Virus record (IMG/VR): IMGVR_UViG_3300044266_000359
Reading direction: 5' to 3' (one strand)
Source: an uncultured virus (IMG/VR IMGVR_UViG_3300044266_000359)
Taxonomy: Duplodnaviria; Heunggongvirae; Uroviricota; Caudoviricetes
Length of the DNA: 64,000 bases
Positions 8,226-17,696 of this stretch are shown piece by piece; the first letter of the stretch is position 1, and every line of letters begins with the position of its first letter. Under the pieces are notes generated by a model. It had not been told where the DNA came from. It ran no database searches and saw only the letters and a program-made list of their open reading frames with translations. The position numbers were made by a program, and so were the translations under genes.

Positions 8226-10892
8226 ATGGGTACAAAAGGCACAATTTCGCAAGATCTGTCAGATTTACTGACAACCAAAAATTTCGATCCTGTTTATACA
8301 GATGGCACAGGCAGAGACTCTTCGCCTGCTGAAGCAGTGGTATTCAGCTTCGATTACGTTGCTGGCTCGGGAAAAAACTACGGCACAGCAGTGGCAGTGC
8401 TTGGAGATCAAAACGATCTCCAGTTCTTTTTTGGGGACAACCTCGGCAAAAGCATTGACAATCCTGCAGATAAAAACGATTGGTTCCAGTTCTTGGAACA
8501 ACTGAGCAATTTTGCTACCCAACACAGATACACATTCAGTCCCAAAGACATCAATCAACTCAAGCACACCATGGCAGGTATTGCTGCCATCAAAGAAGGT
8601 TTGTTTGAAGGCTACTATGGCACTAGAAAAGTCAGCTACATGGGTGAAGCCACAGAAGCTAGACTGGTAATCAAGCACAAAAAGGCCCTGGAAGAAAACG
8701 ACCGTCGACACTTGTATGTGGAAAGCTTGTTTATTGAAACAGCAGATGGAGAACGATTCAAGTTGCCATTCCGCAAACTCACGGGTGGCCGTGCCATGCT
8801 GGAGCATGTGCGCCAAGGCGGCAAGCCCTATGACATTCGTGGTTGCCACATCGCCGAAATGGTGAACGAAATCAACCTGCTGGCCAGATTCAACAGAGCC
8901 AGTCACGGGCGAGTGTTTGAAGGTAACACAGCTCAATTGGTAGAATCAGCACAAGCATACTATCACACTTTGCAAGAGAACTTGAAGCATTTGGCCAGCA
9001 ATCGTGGCTACCAAGTGTATTTTGAATCTTGGACTCCTGCTGACATTGACGCTGGTGATGCCTTGGTAGAAGACATCAAGACTCTGTTTGTAGAGCAAAG
9101 CATCGATGCCAGAATTGAGGCAGCACTGCCCACTCTACTGAAAATACAACAACAGGAACAAGTCATGAAAGAAGCCCAAATATTCGAAAACTGGATCAAC
9201 CATCTTGCTGAAGGCACTTGGGCGCTGCCAGACACACCTGAACAAGAAGCCAAACTCAAAGAGCTTATGAGTCAGGAGCTGATTGCTGGACCAGACGGTG
9301 CCAATGCCACAGAACAACTGTATGATTTGGTAGGCGACGATCAACTGTTTGACCTTATTGGCGCTGCGGCCGAAGCTGACCCCAACGTAAACATTTGGGA
9401 CGTACCTGAAGTAGTGGATCGACTGCAAGAGTTGGGTGTAGAAGTACCTGTAAATCAAGAAGCCGACGAGCAAACTCCGCAAGCAGTGTCCGAAAGTCAC
9501 ATGAGTGAAGTTGATTCAATCATTCAAGACCTTATTTCCGGCGAAGCTGACGCTTACAACTTGCTGACCAGCCCGACCACTCCCGAAGAACAATATGTGT
9601 CCAATATTCTCCGCAAGGAATACGAAGATGTGTCCATTGATCACGGACTGCATCCGGACGATGACTTTGAAGAAATCATAGATCGCGTGCTTGACCGTTT
9701 GGCACAAGACTATGGACACAATGTAACCGAAGCCGACAGCCCATATTTTGCCGAAACCACAGTGGCCGGTTCAGTTGCTCCTGTGGCACATGAAATGGCA
9801 GAAGAAAGTGAAAAGAATCCTTTTACTAATGCGTTAGGTCATGCGTTATGGCGTGACCTAAGCAAAGAAAAGAAAGCAAGCCCTCAACAAGTTCAGCGCA
9901 ACAAAGAGCGTTGGGCAAAGCGTCAGGCAGAGCGTGAGCAAGGTGTGGCGGAAGAGGCCGAAAATAAAGATATGACCGGCCAAACTTGCGAAAAGTGTAA
10001 GCGCGGTAAGTATCAAGAAACCAGCATCCACGATGATATGGATGGTGTATTACATTGTACCAAGTGCGGCACCAAGGTTGATCGTTGGAGAGCATACAAA
10101 GAACCGAGCGCCCGCGCCAGAAGTCGTCAAGCAACAAAAGATTTTAATCGTAGTAAAAGTCAAGGTATGGCAGAAGGCTCAACTGATACTGTGTATCCCA
10201 ACGCCGAAGTAATCAAATCCAAAAACGGCAAGCCAATTGGTGAGATATACAAAGATGAGTATGGTTGGGGCTGCTTCCATTATGGTGCTGACCGTGGATA
10301 CGACTTGATCGACAGCAGAAAAGATGCCATTGACGCACTGCGAGACTTGCATCAAGAAGCAGGTCACAAAGGCCCGGACTATACAATTAAAGGTGTGGCG
10401 GAAGGCTACGATGACGAAGAACACCCAATCCGCGATGATGGCAACGAAGGTCGTCCGGGCAAACAATACCAGTGCCCGCGTTGTCATTCCACCGACATAA
10501 AAACATACAGTGATGGCGAGAAGGAATGTCACCAGTGCCATAAAACCTGGGATGTTAAAGGTGTGGCGGAAACAACAAGAGGTGGGTTTGGTGGCTCAGC
10601 CGGTCAAGCACATCACGAAATTGAATGGCTCAAGAACAAGATTGAAACACTGAAACCATTGTTGGCCAAGAAACCAAGTATTGCTCGTCAAATAAAAGAT
10701 TTGGAAAGACAAATCCGTGAGAGAGAACTGGCTATAGCATATCAGAAGGAAGGCATGGCAGAAGGCGAGCAACAGGCTTTTGTGAATCCGCACCACAATG
10801 ATCCAATCAACGCCAACAGCGCCATTACCGGTAGCTACTACGAAGGTGAAGATCCTCTGGTAAGATTAAAATCACTGGCTTTGTCTAAATGA
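8226..10892 (+). CDS. 888-aa putative virion/head protein with C-terminal repeat-delimited module array
   Basis: Long ORF after a TAAATA motif; acidic middle; recurring GVAE/GMAE motifs. Confidence 0.7.
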   Translation: MGTKGTISQDLSDLLTTKNFDPVYTDGTGRDSSPAEAVVFSFDYVAGSGKNYGTAVAVLGDQNDLQFFFGDNLGKSIDNPADKNDWFQFLEQLSNFATQHRYTFSPKDINQLKHTMAGIAAIKEGLFEGYYGTRKVSYMGEATEARLVIKHKKALEENDRRHLYVESLFIETADGERFKLPFRKLTGGRAMLEHVRQGGKPYDIRGCHIAEMVNEINLLARFNRASHGRVFEGNTAQLVESAQAYYHTLQENLKHLASNRGYQVYFESWTPADIDAGDALVEDIKTLFVEQSIDARIEAALPTLLKIQQQEQVMKEAQIFENWINHLAEGTWALPDTPEQEAKLKELMSQELIAGPDGANATEQLYDLVGDDQLFDLIGAAAEADPNVNIWDVPEVVDRLQELGVEVPVNQEADEQTPQAVSESHMSEVDSIIQDLISGEADAYNLLTSPTTPEEQYVSNILRKEYEDVSIDHGLHPDDDFEEIIDRVLDRLAQDYGHNVTEADSPYFAETTVAGSVAPVAHEMAEESEKNPFTNALGHALWRDLSKEKKASPQQVQRNKERWAKRQAEREQGVAEEAENKDMTGQTCEKCKRGKYQETSIHDDMDGVLHCTKCGTKVDRWRAYKEPSARARSRQATKDFNRSKSQGMAEGSTDTVYPNAEVIKSKNGKPIGEIYKDEYGWGCFHYGADRGYDLIDSRKDAIDALRDLHQEAGHKGPDYTIKGVAEGYDDEEHPIRDDGNEGRPGKQYQCPRCHSTDIKTYSDGEKECHQCHKTWDVKGVAETTRGGFGGSAGQAHHEIEWLKNKIETLKPLLAKKPSIARQIKDLERQIRERELAIAYQKEGMAEGEQQAFVNPHHNDPINANSAITGSYYEGEDPLVRLKSLALSK
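9792..10766 (+). repeat. Dispersed in-frame repeat AAGGYRTGGCRGAA (GVAE/GMAE), 5 copies plus one degenerate EMAE
   Basis: Copies begin at 9939, 10161, 10389, 10557, 10749; EMAE at 9792. Confidence 0.85.
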
Positions 10893-10932
10893 TATAAATA
10901 ACATTGACACAGACAGCAAAGGCGCATATACT
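10893..10932 (+). promoter_or_regulatory. T4-type late promoter TATAAATA (10893-10900) followed by a sigma70 promoter TTGACA-N17-TATACT (10904-10932) upstream of gp32
   Basis: Direct consensus matches. Confidence 0.75.
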
Positions 10933-10955
10933 AAGTCTTGTGTATGCGCTTTTTT
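10918..10955 (+). terminator. Intrinsic terminator-like hairpin
   Basis: GCGCATATAC/GTGTATGCGC stem followed by a T-run. Confidence 0.7.
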
Positions 10956-11032
10956 GTTCTGTATCACAGGCAACTAAGATCTAATTATTAGATAGGCAAC
11001 ATAACATAGGCAACTTTGAAAGGAAATATACT

Positions 11033-12037
11033 ATGGCATCATTAGCAGAAATTCGCGCACGTTTACAGGCAGCAGAAAACAAACAAGGTGGGCAATCCAC
11101 TGGCGGAGACAACTCAATTTATCCGCACTGGAATATGGAAGAAGGCCAATCGGCTACACTACGCTTCCTACCCGATGGTAACTCCAAAAACACTTTCTTC
11201 TGGATGGAACGAGCAATGATTCGTTTGCCTTTCGCTGGTATCAAAGGCGAAATGGATTCGAAACAAGTTATGGTTCAAGTACCTTGTGTTGAGATGTGGG
11301 GCGAAGCTTGTCCAATCTTGGCAGAAGTTCGTACTTGGTTCAAGGACAAGAGCCTTGAAGAAATGGGTCGCAAATACTGGAAAAAGCGCAGTTACATTTT
11401 CCAAGGCTTTGTGCGTGAAAACCCCTTGAGCGAAGACAAGACTCCTGAGAACCCAATTCGCCGATTCATCATCGGTCCTCAGATCTTCACAACCATCAAA
11501 GGCGCCTTGATGGACCCCGAGTTGGAAGAATTGCCAACTGACTACCTGCGTGGCCTGGACTTCCGTATCAGCAAAGGTTCAAAAGGTGGATTTGCTGACT
11601 ACAACGGCAGCAAGTGGGCACGTAAAGAAAGCGCTCTCACTGAAGAAGAGCAAGCAGCCATTGAAAAGCATGGCTTGTTTGACTTGAGCACATTCCTGCC
11701 CAAGAAGCCCGGCGAAGTTGAGCTCAAGGTTATCAAAGAGATGTTTGAAGCATCTGTTGATGGTCAGCCATACGACACCGAGCGTTGGGGTCAATACTTC
11801 CGTCCTGCTGGTGTTCAAGCACCTGGCGGCGCTGCATCCAACAACGACGAGGACACACCTGCTCCTGCAGCCAAGGCAGCACCTGCTCCTGCAGCCAAGC
11901 CTGCTGCGGTTGACGAGGATCCTCCTTTTGACACCGATGACGCTCCAGCAGCCAGCGCACCTGTACAGGCCGCAAAGCCTGCAGGCAATGCCCAAGACAT
12001 CTTGGCAATGATTCGCGCTCGTCAAAACAAGCAGTAA
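11033..12037 (+). CDS. Single-stranded DNA-binding protein (T4 gp32-like)
   Basis: LRFLPDG, CPI, YWKKRSY and G.DF motifs; Ala/Pro/acidic tail; SD AAGGA; followed by uvsX. Confidence 0.85.
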   Translation: MASLAEIRARLQAAENKQGGQSTGGDNSIYPHWNMEEGQSATLRFLPDGNSKNTFFWMERAMIRLPFAGIKGEMDSKQVMVQVPCVEMWGEACPILAEVRTWFKDKSLEEMGRKYWKKRSYIFQGFVRENPLSEDKTPENPIRRFIIGPQIFTTIKGALMDPELEELPTDYLRGLDFRISKGSKGGFADYNGSKWARKESALTEEEQAAIEKHGLFDLSTFLPKKPGEVELKVIKEMFEASVDGQPYDTERWGQYFRPAGVQAPGGAASNNDEDTPAPAAKAAPAPAAKPAAVDEDPPFDTDDAPAASAPVQAAKPAGNAQDILAMIRARQNKQ

Positions 12038-12051
12038 TAACTACTGAACAC

Positions 12052-12073
12052 ACGCAAGGGGAAACCCTTGCGT
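12052..12073 (+). other. Perfect 9-bp hairpin with GAAA tetraloop between gp32 and uvsX (no T-run)
   Basis: ACGCAAGGG-GAAA-CCCTTGCGT. Confidence 0.7.
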
Positions 12074-12094
12074 TCCATTCTCTATAGGTGATAC

Positions 12095-13156
12095 ATGGCA
12101 AAACCATTTGATGTAAGTAAGTTCCGCAAGGAAATTACAAAAAGTATTGACGGCCTTTCTATTGGCTTCAACGACCCAACTGATTGGGTCTCCACAGGCA
12201 ACTATGCCTTGAACTATCTCATTAGTGGTGACTTCAACCGCGGCATTCCGCTGGGCAAAGTCACTGTGTTTGCAGGTGAATCTGGCGCAGGCAAAAGTTA
12301 TATCTGCTCTGGTAACATTATCAAGAACGCACAAGAACAAGGTATCTTTGTTGTGCTGATTGACAGTGAAAATGCTTTGGACGAAGACTGGCTCAAAGCA
12401 CTTGGTGTTGACACCAACGAAAACAAACTTCTCAAATTATCAATGGCCATGATCGATGACGTAGCCAAAACAATCTCTACGTTCATGGCTGATTACAAAG
12501 GCTTGCCCGACGGAGAACGGCCCAAAGTTCTTTTTGTTATCGACTCCCTCGGAATGTTGCTGACCCCTACCGACATCAACCAGTTTGACAGCGGTGACCT
12601 GAAAGGTGACCTTGGGCGTAAACCTAAAGCTCTTACCGCACTAGTCCGCAACTGTGTTAATATGTTTGGTAGTTATAACGTGGGTTTGGTTTGTACCAAC
12701 CACACTTATGCCAGCCAAGACATGTTTGATCCTGACGATAAGATTAGCGGCGGGCAAGGTTTTATCTACGCAAGCTCAATTGTTGTTGCTATGAAGAAAC
12801 TCAAACTCAAAGAGGACGAGGACGGCAACAAAGTAACTGACGTTATGGGTATTCGTAGTGCTTGCAAGGTTATGAAAACTCGCTATGCCAAACCCTTTGA
12901 AGGTGTGCAGGTGAAAATTCCTTATGAGACAGGTATGAATCCTTACTCAGGTCTTGTGGACTTGGCTGAAAAGAAAGGCTTCCTCAAGAAAGACGGTAAC
13001 CGGTTGGCTTATACCACATTAGACGGTGAGATCATCAAGCATTTCCGCAAAGCTTGGGAATCAAACGAAGGCGGATGCCTTGATGTGGTTATGGCAGAAT
13101 TCGGAAAACGCAAAGAAGAGGTAAGTATTGTCGATGACAATCAGGAGGAAGCGTAA
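12095..13156 (+). CDS. uvsX: RecA-like recombinase UvsX
   Basis: GESGAGKS, LIDSENAL, FVIDSLG, TNHTY, SGG motifs. Confidence 0.92.
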   Translation: MAKPFDVSKFRKEITKSIDGLSIGFNDPTDWVSTGNYALNYLISGDFNRGIPLGKVTVFAGESGAGKSYICSGNIIKNAQEQGIFVVLIDSENALDEDWLKALGVDTNENKLLKLSMAMIDDVAKTISTFMADYKGLPDGERPKVLFVIDSLGMLLTPTDINQFDSGDLKGDLGRKPKALTALVRNCVNMFGSYNVGLVCTNHTYASQDMFDPDDKISGGQGFIYASSIVVAMKKLKLKEDEDGNKVTDVMGIRSACKVMKTRYAKPFEGVQVKIPYETGMNPYSGLVDLAEKKGFLKKDGNRLAYTTLDGEIIKHFRKAWESNEGGCLDVVMAEFGKRKEEVSIVDDNQEEA

Positions 13157-13420
13157 ATGCATTCAGAAGTAGCAAGCGAAATTTGGAGTGAACTCAAGCG
13201 TTATATCAACACAGTAGATCGCACTGAAGCCGCAGAAGTCCTTATCTCTACACTAGTTAACTATGACGAGGATGTTGAGGATATCCGGGACGCATTCAAA
13301 GGCGATTCGGATGTTAAAAAGGCCCTTGTGGCCTATCTCGACAACGACCAAGATCATGAGGACGAAGAAGAGGAAGAAGAAGACTACGACGAAGATTACA
13401 ACGAAGACTGGGAAGATTAA
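13157..13420 (+). CDS. Acidic hypothetical protein
   Basis: Coupled ORF with Asp/Glu-rich C-terminus. Confidence 0.7.
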   Translation: MHSEVASEIWSELKRYINTVDRTEAAEVLISTLVNYDEDVEDIRDAFKGDSDVKKALVAYLDNDQDHEDEEEEEEDYDEDYNEDWED

Positions 13421-13872
13421 TGTGGTATAGTCGTGTTGTTGCTGATCTTGGAAGCATTCCAGATTTTATAGCACACTACGAACGCGAACTTGTTGATGCC
13501 AAAAAAGATTGTAAAATCGGTGGCATCGTAGAAAAGAATATCACTGCCCTACCAGGTATAACTGAGCACCGTTTTAATCAACTACAAGAGATTGAAGCGG
13601 TGCTTAATTATCTCAATATTCAGCTTCGCAAAATTCGTAGAAAGCATTTCCAAAAGTACTTGGAAGCCTATGCTCGTGCCTTGACCTCACGTGATGCTGA
13701 AAAGTACGTGGATGGCGAAGACGAAGTGATTGACTTTGAAACCATCATCAACGAAGTTGCATTATTGCGTAACAAGTGGTTGGGTGTAATGAAAGGCCTA
13801 GACACCAAGCAGTGGCAAATGGGTCACGTGGTGCGATTAAGAACTGCAGGCATGGAAGACATTCAGGTGTAA
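13420..13872 (+). CDS. uvsY: Recombination mediator UvsY-like protein
   Basis: 150-aa helical protein, YVDGED and KGLDTKQWQ-type C-terminus, downstream of uvsX. Confidence 0.75.
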   Translation: MWYSRVVADLGSIPDFIAHYERELVDAKKDCKIGGIVEKNITALPGITEHRFNQLQEIEAVLNYLNIQLRKIRRKHFQKYLEAYARALTSRDAEKYVDGEDEVIDFETIINEVALLRNKWLGVMKGLDTKQWQMGHVVRLRTAGMEDIQV

Positions 13873-13879
13873 ATACCTG

Positions 13880-14638
13880 ATGAAAATTGTACTTGTTACT
13901 GGTGGATTTGATCCGCTGCACTCCGGTCACCTTGCTTATTTTGAAGCTGCTCGACAGTTGGGTGATCAACTTATTGTTGGTGTAAATTCTGATGAATGGC
14001 TTGTTCGTAAAAAGGGCAGGCCATTCATGCCTATTACAGAACGAACTAAGCTCATACAATCGTTAAAAGTAGTGGACAATGTGATATTGTTCAATGACAA
14101 TGATGGGTCTAGCATTGAAGCCATTAAAAATGTCAAAATGTTATACCCAGCTGCTGAGATTGTTTTTGCCAATGGCGGAGACCGTACAAAGGAAAACATT
14201 CCCGAAATGGTGTTTGACGATGTGGAGTTTGTGTTTGGTGTAGGTGGCGAAGATAAAAAGAACAGTTCTAGTTGGATCCTCGAAGATTGGAAAAAGCCCA
14301 AGACAGACCGTGCCTGGGGCTACTATCGGGTGTTGCACGAGGTAGGCACACATGTCAAACTCAAAGAACTCACCGTAAATCCCAAAACATGCTTGAGCAT
14401 GCAACGCCATGAACGTCGTGCAGAGTTTTGGTTTGTGGCCGAAGGCGAAGCCACAGTGTACACAGTGGACCCTTACAGCACAGATTATGACCTAATGGCA
14501 AGTCCAGCCAGGCATCAGTCTACCTGGATACGACTCAACGAATGGCATCAACTGTGCAACGAAACTGATGAACCACTCAAACTGATCGAAATACAGTATG
14601 GCGAAGATTGTGTGGAAGAGGACATTGAACGAAAATGA
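13880..14638 (+). CDS. Cytidylyltransferase (TagD/RfaE-like) fused to a mannose-6-phosphate-isomerase-type cupin
   Basis: GGFDPLHSGH, GVNSD, ANGGDR; C-terminal LSMQRH..RAEFW ... IEIQYG...EEDIER. Confidence 0.88.
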   Translation: MKIVLVTGGFDPLHSGHLAYFEAARQLGDQLIVGVNSDEWLVRKKGRPFMPITERTKLIQSLKVVDNVILFNDNDGSSIEAIKNVKMLYPAAEIVFANGGDRTKENIPEMVFDDVEFVFGVGGEDKKNSSSWILEDWKKPKTDRAWGYYRVLHEVGTHVKLKELTVNPKTCLSMQRHERRAEFWFVAEGEATVYTVDPYSTDYDLMASPARHQSTWIRLNEWHQLCNETDEPLKLIEIQYGEDCVEEDIERK

Positions 14639-15321
14639 AGCCCATTCCAATTTTTATTGGATATGATCCTCGAGAAGCCATAGCATACCATACATGTGTT
14701 AATTCAATTGTACGACATGCATCAAAACCAGTGGCCATTGTGCCCTTGGCTTTGAACCTGTTTGAAGACTACACAGAAACGCACACAGACGGATCAAATC
14801 AATTTATCTACTCGCGATTCCTAGTGCCGCACTTGATGGATTACACAGGTCATGCTATTTTTGTTGATGGCGACATGATTGTTCGTAGTGATATTGTTGA
14901 ATTGTGGAACTTGCAAGATCCTAACAAGGATGTGCAAGTAGTCAAGCACGACTATAAAACTCGCATGCCCGTGAAATACCTAGGAGCAAAAAATGAAGAC
15001 TATCCTCGAAAAAATTGGTCTAGTGTTATTCTGTGGAATTGTTCTAGCTTTTCTAACAGGAAACTTACCCCCGAGTTCGTCCAGCAATCCACCGGCAGTG
15101 AGCTCCACCGCTTCACGTGGATAAAAGACAATTGCATTGGAGAACTGCCCCGAGAATGGAACTGGTTGCCCGATGAATACGGGCCAAATCCTGACGCCCG
15201 GTTACTGCATTACACACTTGGCGCACCCTGCTTCCATGAGTTTGCTACCACGCCACAGGGAGATGAATGGCACAGAGAACGCATACTCACTGAATACTGT
15301 GAACAAAAGGGTATAAATTGA
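14635..15321 (+). CDS. Glycosyltransferase (GT-A, GT8-like)
   Basis: FIGYDPRE, SRFLVP, FVDGD, KNWSS, EWN, LHYT motifs. Confidence 0.8.
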   Translation: MKPIPIFIGYDPREAIAYHTCVNSIVRHASKPVAIVPLALNLFEDYTETHTDGSNQFIYSRFLVPHLMDYTGHAIFVDGDMIVRSDIVELWNLQDPNKDVQVVKHDYKTRMPVKYLGAKNEDYPRKNWSSVILWNCSSFSNRKLTPEFVQQSTGSELHRFTWIKDNCIGELPREWNWLPDEYGPNPDARLLHYTLGAPCFHEFATTPQGDEWHRERILTEYCEQKGIN

Positions 15322-16055
15322 AAGCCTTCATTATTCACTTGCCCAACCAAGAGTTTAGTAATGCACATGCCACTACTATGAGGAATGAGTTGCGTGAGTT
15401 TGGATTTGATACAGAATTATTTGAAGGAACTCCGGGCGAACAAGCAGAAATTGAATATCAAGAAACTGAAAGAAAACTCTGGCCTTACAGTATCAAAGGC
15501 GTTCAGTTAACACAGCAAGAAGTTGAACAAAGCATAGGACACTTGTTGCCAGCAGATTATTTTGTAGAACATGATGTAAAAATCGCACGCAAAATAAAGT
15601 GGAGCGACGATTGGATTGGGAAAGTATCTCGACCTGGAGTCAAAGGTTGCTTTGACAGTCATTACAGATTGTGGAGACGCTGCATTGACCTCGACGAACC
15701 CATTGCAATATTCGAAGACGATGTGAAATTTTTTCGAGGATATAAACCTGTTGACTTTGACGATGTGTTAATTGTCAGCATAGGAAAAATGGCCTGGAAA
15801 GAAGAACCATACAAAACATATTTGGAAACACCTGCATCAACTCCCAGACCCATGGCATGGAGAAATTACAGCATGCCCGGTACTTCGGGCTACATCATAA
15901 TGCCGCATGCATGTCGTGCATTGGTCAAGACCTATAGAGATTGGTATTTGCCAGCAGACAATGCTATCAATCGAGCACTAGTAAATATTCAAATACACAA
16001 TTATCTCATGGGCAGGCACATGCACGAGAGCGAAGGGAACGTAAGCGCAATATGA
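15318..16055 (+). CDS. Glycosyltransferase family 25 (LPS biosynthesis-like)
   Basis: GCFDSHYRLW, IFEDD, GTSGYII, PAD motifs; TTG start. Confidence 0.82.
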   Translation: MKAFIIHLPNQEFSNAHATTMRNELREFGFDTELFEGTPGEQAEIEYQETERKLWPYSIKGVQLTQQEVEQSIGHLLPADYFVEHDVKIARKIKWSDDWIGKVSRPGVKGCFDSHYRLWRRCIDLDEPIAIFEDDVKFFRGYKPVDFDDVLIVSIGKMAWKEEPYKTYLETPASTPRPMAWRNYSMPGTSGYIIMPHACRALVKTYRDWYLPADNAINRALVNIQIHNYLMGRHMHESEGNVSAI

Positions 16056-16966
16056 AAGTAGGAATTTTTTACAGCTCCATAAGCAATCCTGCAAAGTTTC
16101 CAAACAAAACCATGTTGATGGATAATTTTGCCACTGGAGTTCGTCAACACAGCGATGAAGTCATTGAATACCGACAACAAGGACCCATACAGCAAGACTT
16201 GGATGTGGGTTTTGTTTTGGGCTACACACTGGAGCAAAATCACAGACGCAAAATCATTGACAGTCTGGTAGCACAAAAAGCCAGACCAGTTTTTGTTGAC
16301 AGCAATATTTTGCACTATGCTAGAAAAGAGCATGAATGGCACAGATACAGTTTGGATACTGTGTACCCTGATTCGGGCACTTACTTTTTCTCTGATACAG
16401 TTGAACCCAAGTGGGCAACATACAGCAAGTGGCATGGTGTTGATGCCAAGCCCTGGAGAAGCACAGGCGATCACATATTGTTATTGTGCCAGCGCCCACA
16501 TGGTTGGAACATGTTTGGCAACAGCCAAGACACTTGGCTAGATGAAACAATTGGTAGATTAAAACGACACACGGCCCGACCACTAAGAGTGCGTATGCAT
16601 CCCGGAGACGGCACCCGAGAGCAACAGATTACCAGACTAAAACAGCGTTATGGGTCAAGTGTTGAAATCAGTCATGCCGAAAACATCCGAGAAGACTTGA
16701 TCGATTGCTGGGCCGCAGTGGGCTACAATTCCACACCAAATGTGGTTGCTGCCATTGAAGGCATACCTGTGTATGTGCATGACCCTGTGCATAGTTGGGC
16801 AGCAGGCACAGCGTTTACCAGCTTGGATGAGATTGAAAATCCCACCATGCCCGATCGAACCGAGTGGCTTGAACGCATTGCCAACATACACTGGAGCAAT
16901 CAAGAAGTAGTCGGTGGCAAACTATGGGCGGCTATTCGAAACTATATTTTGACTGCTCGTCAATAA
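16052..16966 (+). CDS. KpsS/KpsC-like capsule-synthesis fold protein
   Basis: ILLLCQ, RMHP, YNSTPNVVAAIEGIPV pattern; ATGA overlap at 16052. Confidence 0.55.
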   Translation: MKVGIFYSSISNPAKFPNKTMLMDNFATGVRQHSDEVIEYRQQGPIQQDLDVGFVLGYTLEQNHRRKIIDSLVAQKARPVFVDSNILHYARKEHEWHRYSLDTVYPDSGTYFFSDTVEPKWATYSKWHGVDAKPWRSTGDHILLLCQRPHGWNMFGNSQDTWLDETIGRLKRHTARPLRVRMHPGDGTREQQITRLKQRYGSSVEISHAENIREDLIDCWAAVGYNSTPNVVAAIEGIPVYVHDPVHSWAAGTAFTSLDEIENPTMPDRTEWLERIANIHWSNQEVVGGKLWAAIRNYILTARQ

Positions 16967-17666
16967 AACTTGGCAAGTCTTTTCTAGTGCCTTTGGCAGT
17001 CCAAATCACACTGTCAGGCTGCATGTGCCAGTCAATTAGTGTGCTGGGCAACTGTGCCCATTTGTATTTGGGAACAATATTGGCCAGCACATCTTGATCC
17101 AATCCCCACCACAAGTCATCCCGATCCATGTGCTGTTTTAATACAGTGGCATACTCTCGGAGAAATGGCTTGGCGGCAGCATGCAAATACAGACCGCCTG
17201 CTAGAAATCTAGCACGCCGACCTGTTATGTGATGTATGTAAAAATCATTGGCATCGGGCAACACAGGAATTTCTTTTCGTACAACAGCATCTACGTCAAT
17301 GGCCAAGGTAGGTTGGTCAAATATCTCTGCCAGTTTTACAAAACGTTGGCAAGCACAGTAGGTACTCATCATGCGCTGTTCTAACTGAGTCTGGCCGCCC
17401 TTACGCATGGCTTCGTTGATGCTGTGCAATTTTGCTGGATCACAATCAGCACGCCGCCATTGGTCGGCAGCAGTGCGAAATTGATCTAGTGTAATATGTT
17501 CGCAAGTATACGCAACATTGTGTTGGTCACACCACTGGAGATCTTGTGGTTCGGGGTTATAAATGTGTGCTTTTATTCCAGCAGAAGAATTAGCCTGTAC
17601 ACTGCGAATCAACGCTTTGCCAAACTGTTGAAAGTAGTCGGCACTGGCAGCAAAATAAACAATCAT
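16932..17666 (-). CDS. Putative nucleotide-diphospho-sugar transferase (GT-A-like)
   Basis: QRF, IDVD, GLDQDVL motifs; start placed 7 nt after a minus-strand TAAATA. Confidence 0.6.
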   Translation of the reverse strand: MIVYFAASADYFQQFGKALIRSVQANSSAGIKAHIYNPEPQDLQWCDQHNVAYTCEHITLDQFRTAADQWRRADCDPAKLHSINEAMRKGGQTQLEQRMMSTYCACQRFVKLAEIFDQPTLAIDVDAVVRKEIPVLPDANDFYIHHITGRRARFLAGGLYLHAAAKPFLREYATVLKQHMDRDDLWWGLDQDVLANIVPKYKWAQLPSTLIDWHMQPDSVIWTAKGTRKDLPSFIDEQSKYSFE

Positions 17667-17673
17667 GGTGGGA

Positions 17674-17690
17674 TATTTACACATTAAATA
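17674..17690. promoter_or_regulatory. Back-to-back divergent late promoters (TAAATA on each strand)
   Basis: TATTTA 17674-17679 and TAAATA 17685-17690, each 6-7 nt from an ATG. Confidence 0.65.
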
Positions 17691-17696
17691 TCATTG

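Noticed and set aside
9939..10766. CRISPR array interpretation of the GVAE repeats
   Set aside because: Repeats are about 14-18 nt, non-palindromic and in-frame, with 150-228 nt coding spacers; no cas operon
11856..11900. Direct repeats in the gp32 tail, 35843/35903 and the poly-Gln near 750-785
   Set aside because: Low-complexity protein linkers; no evidence of a separate function
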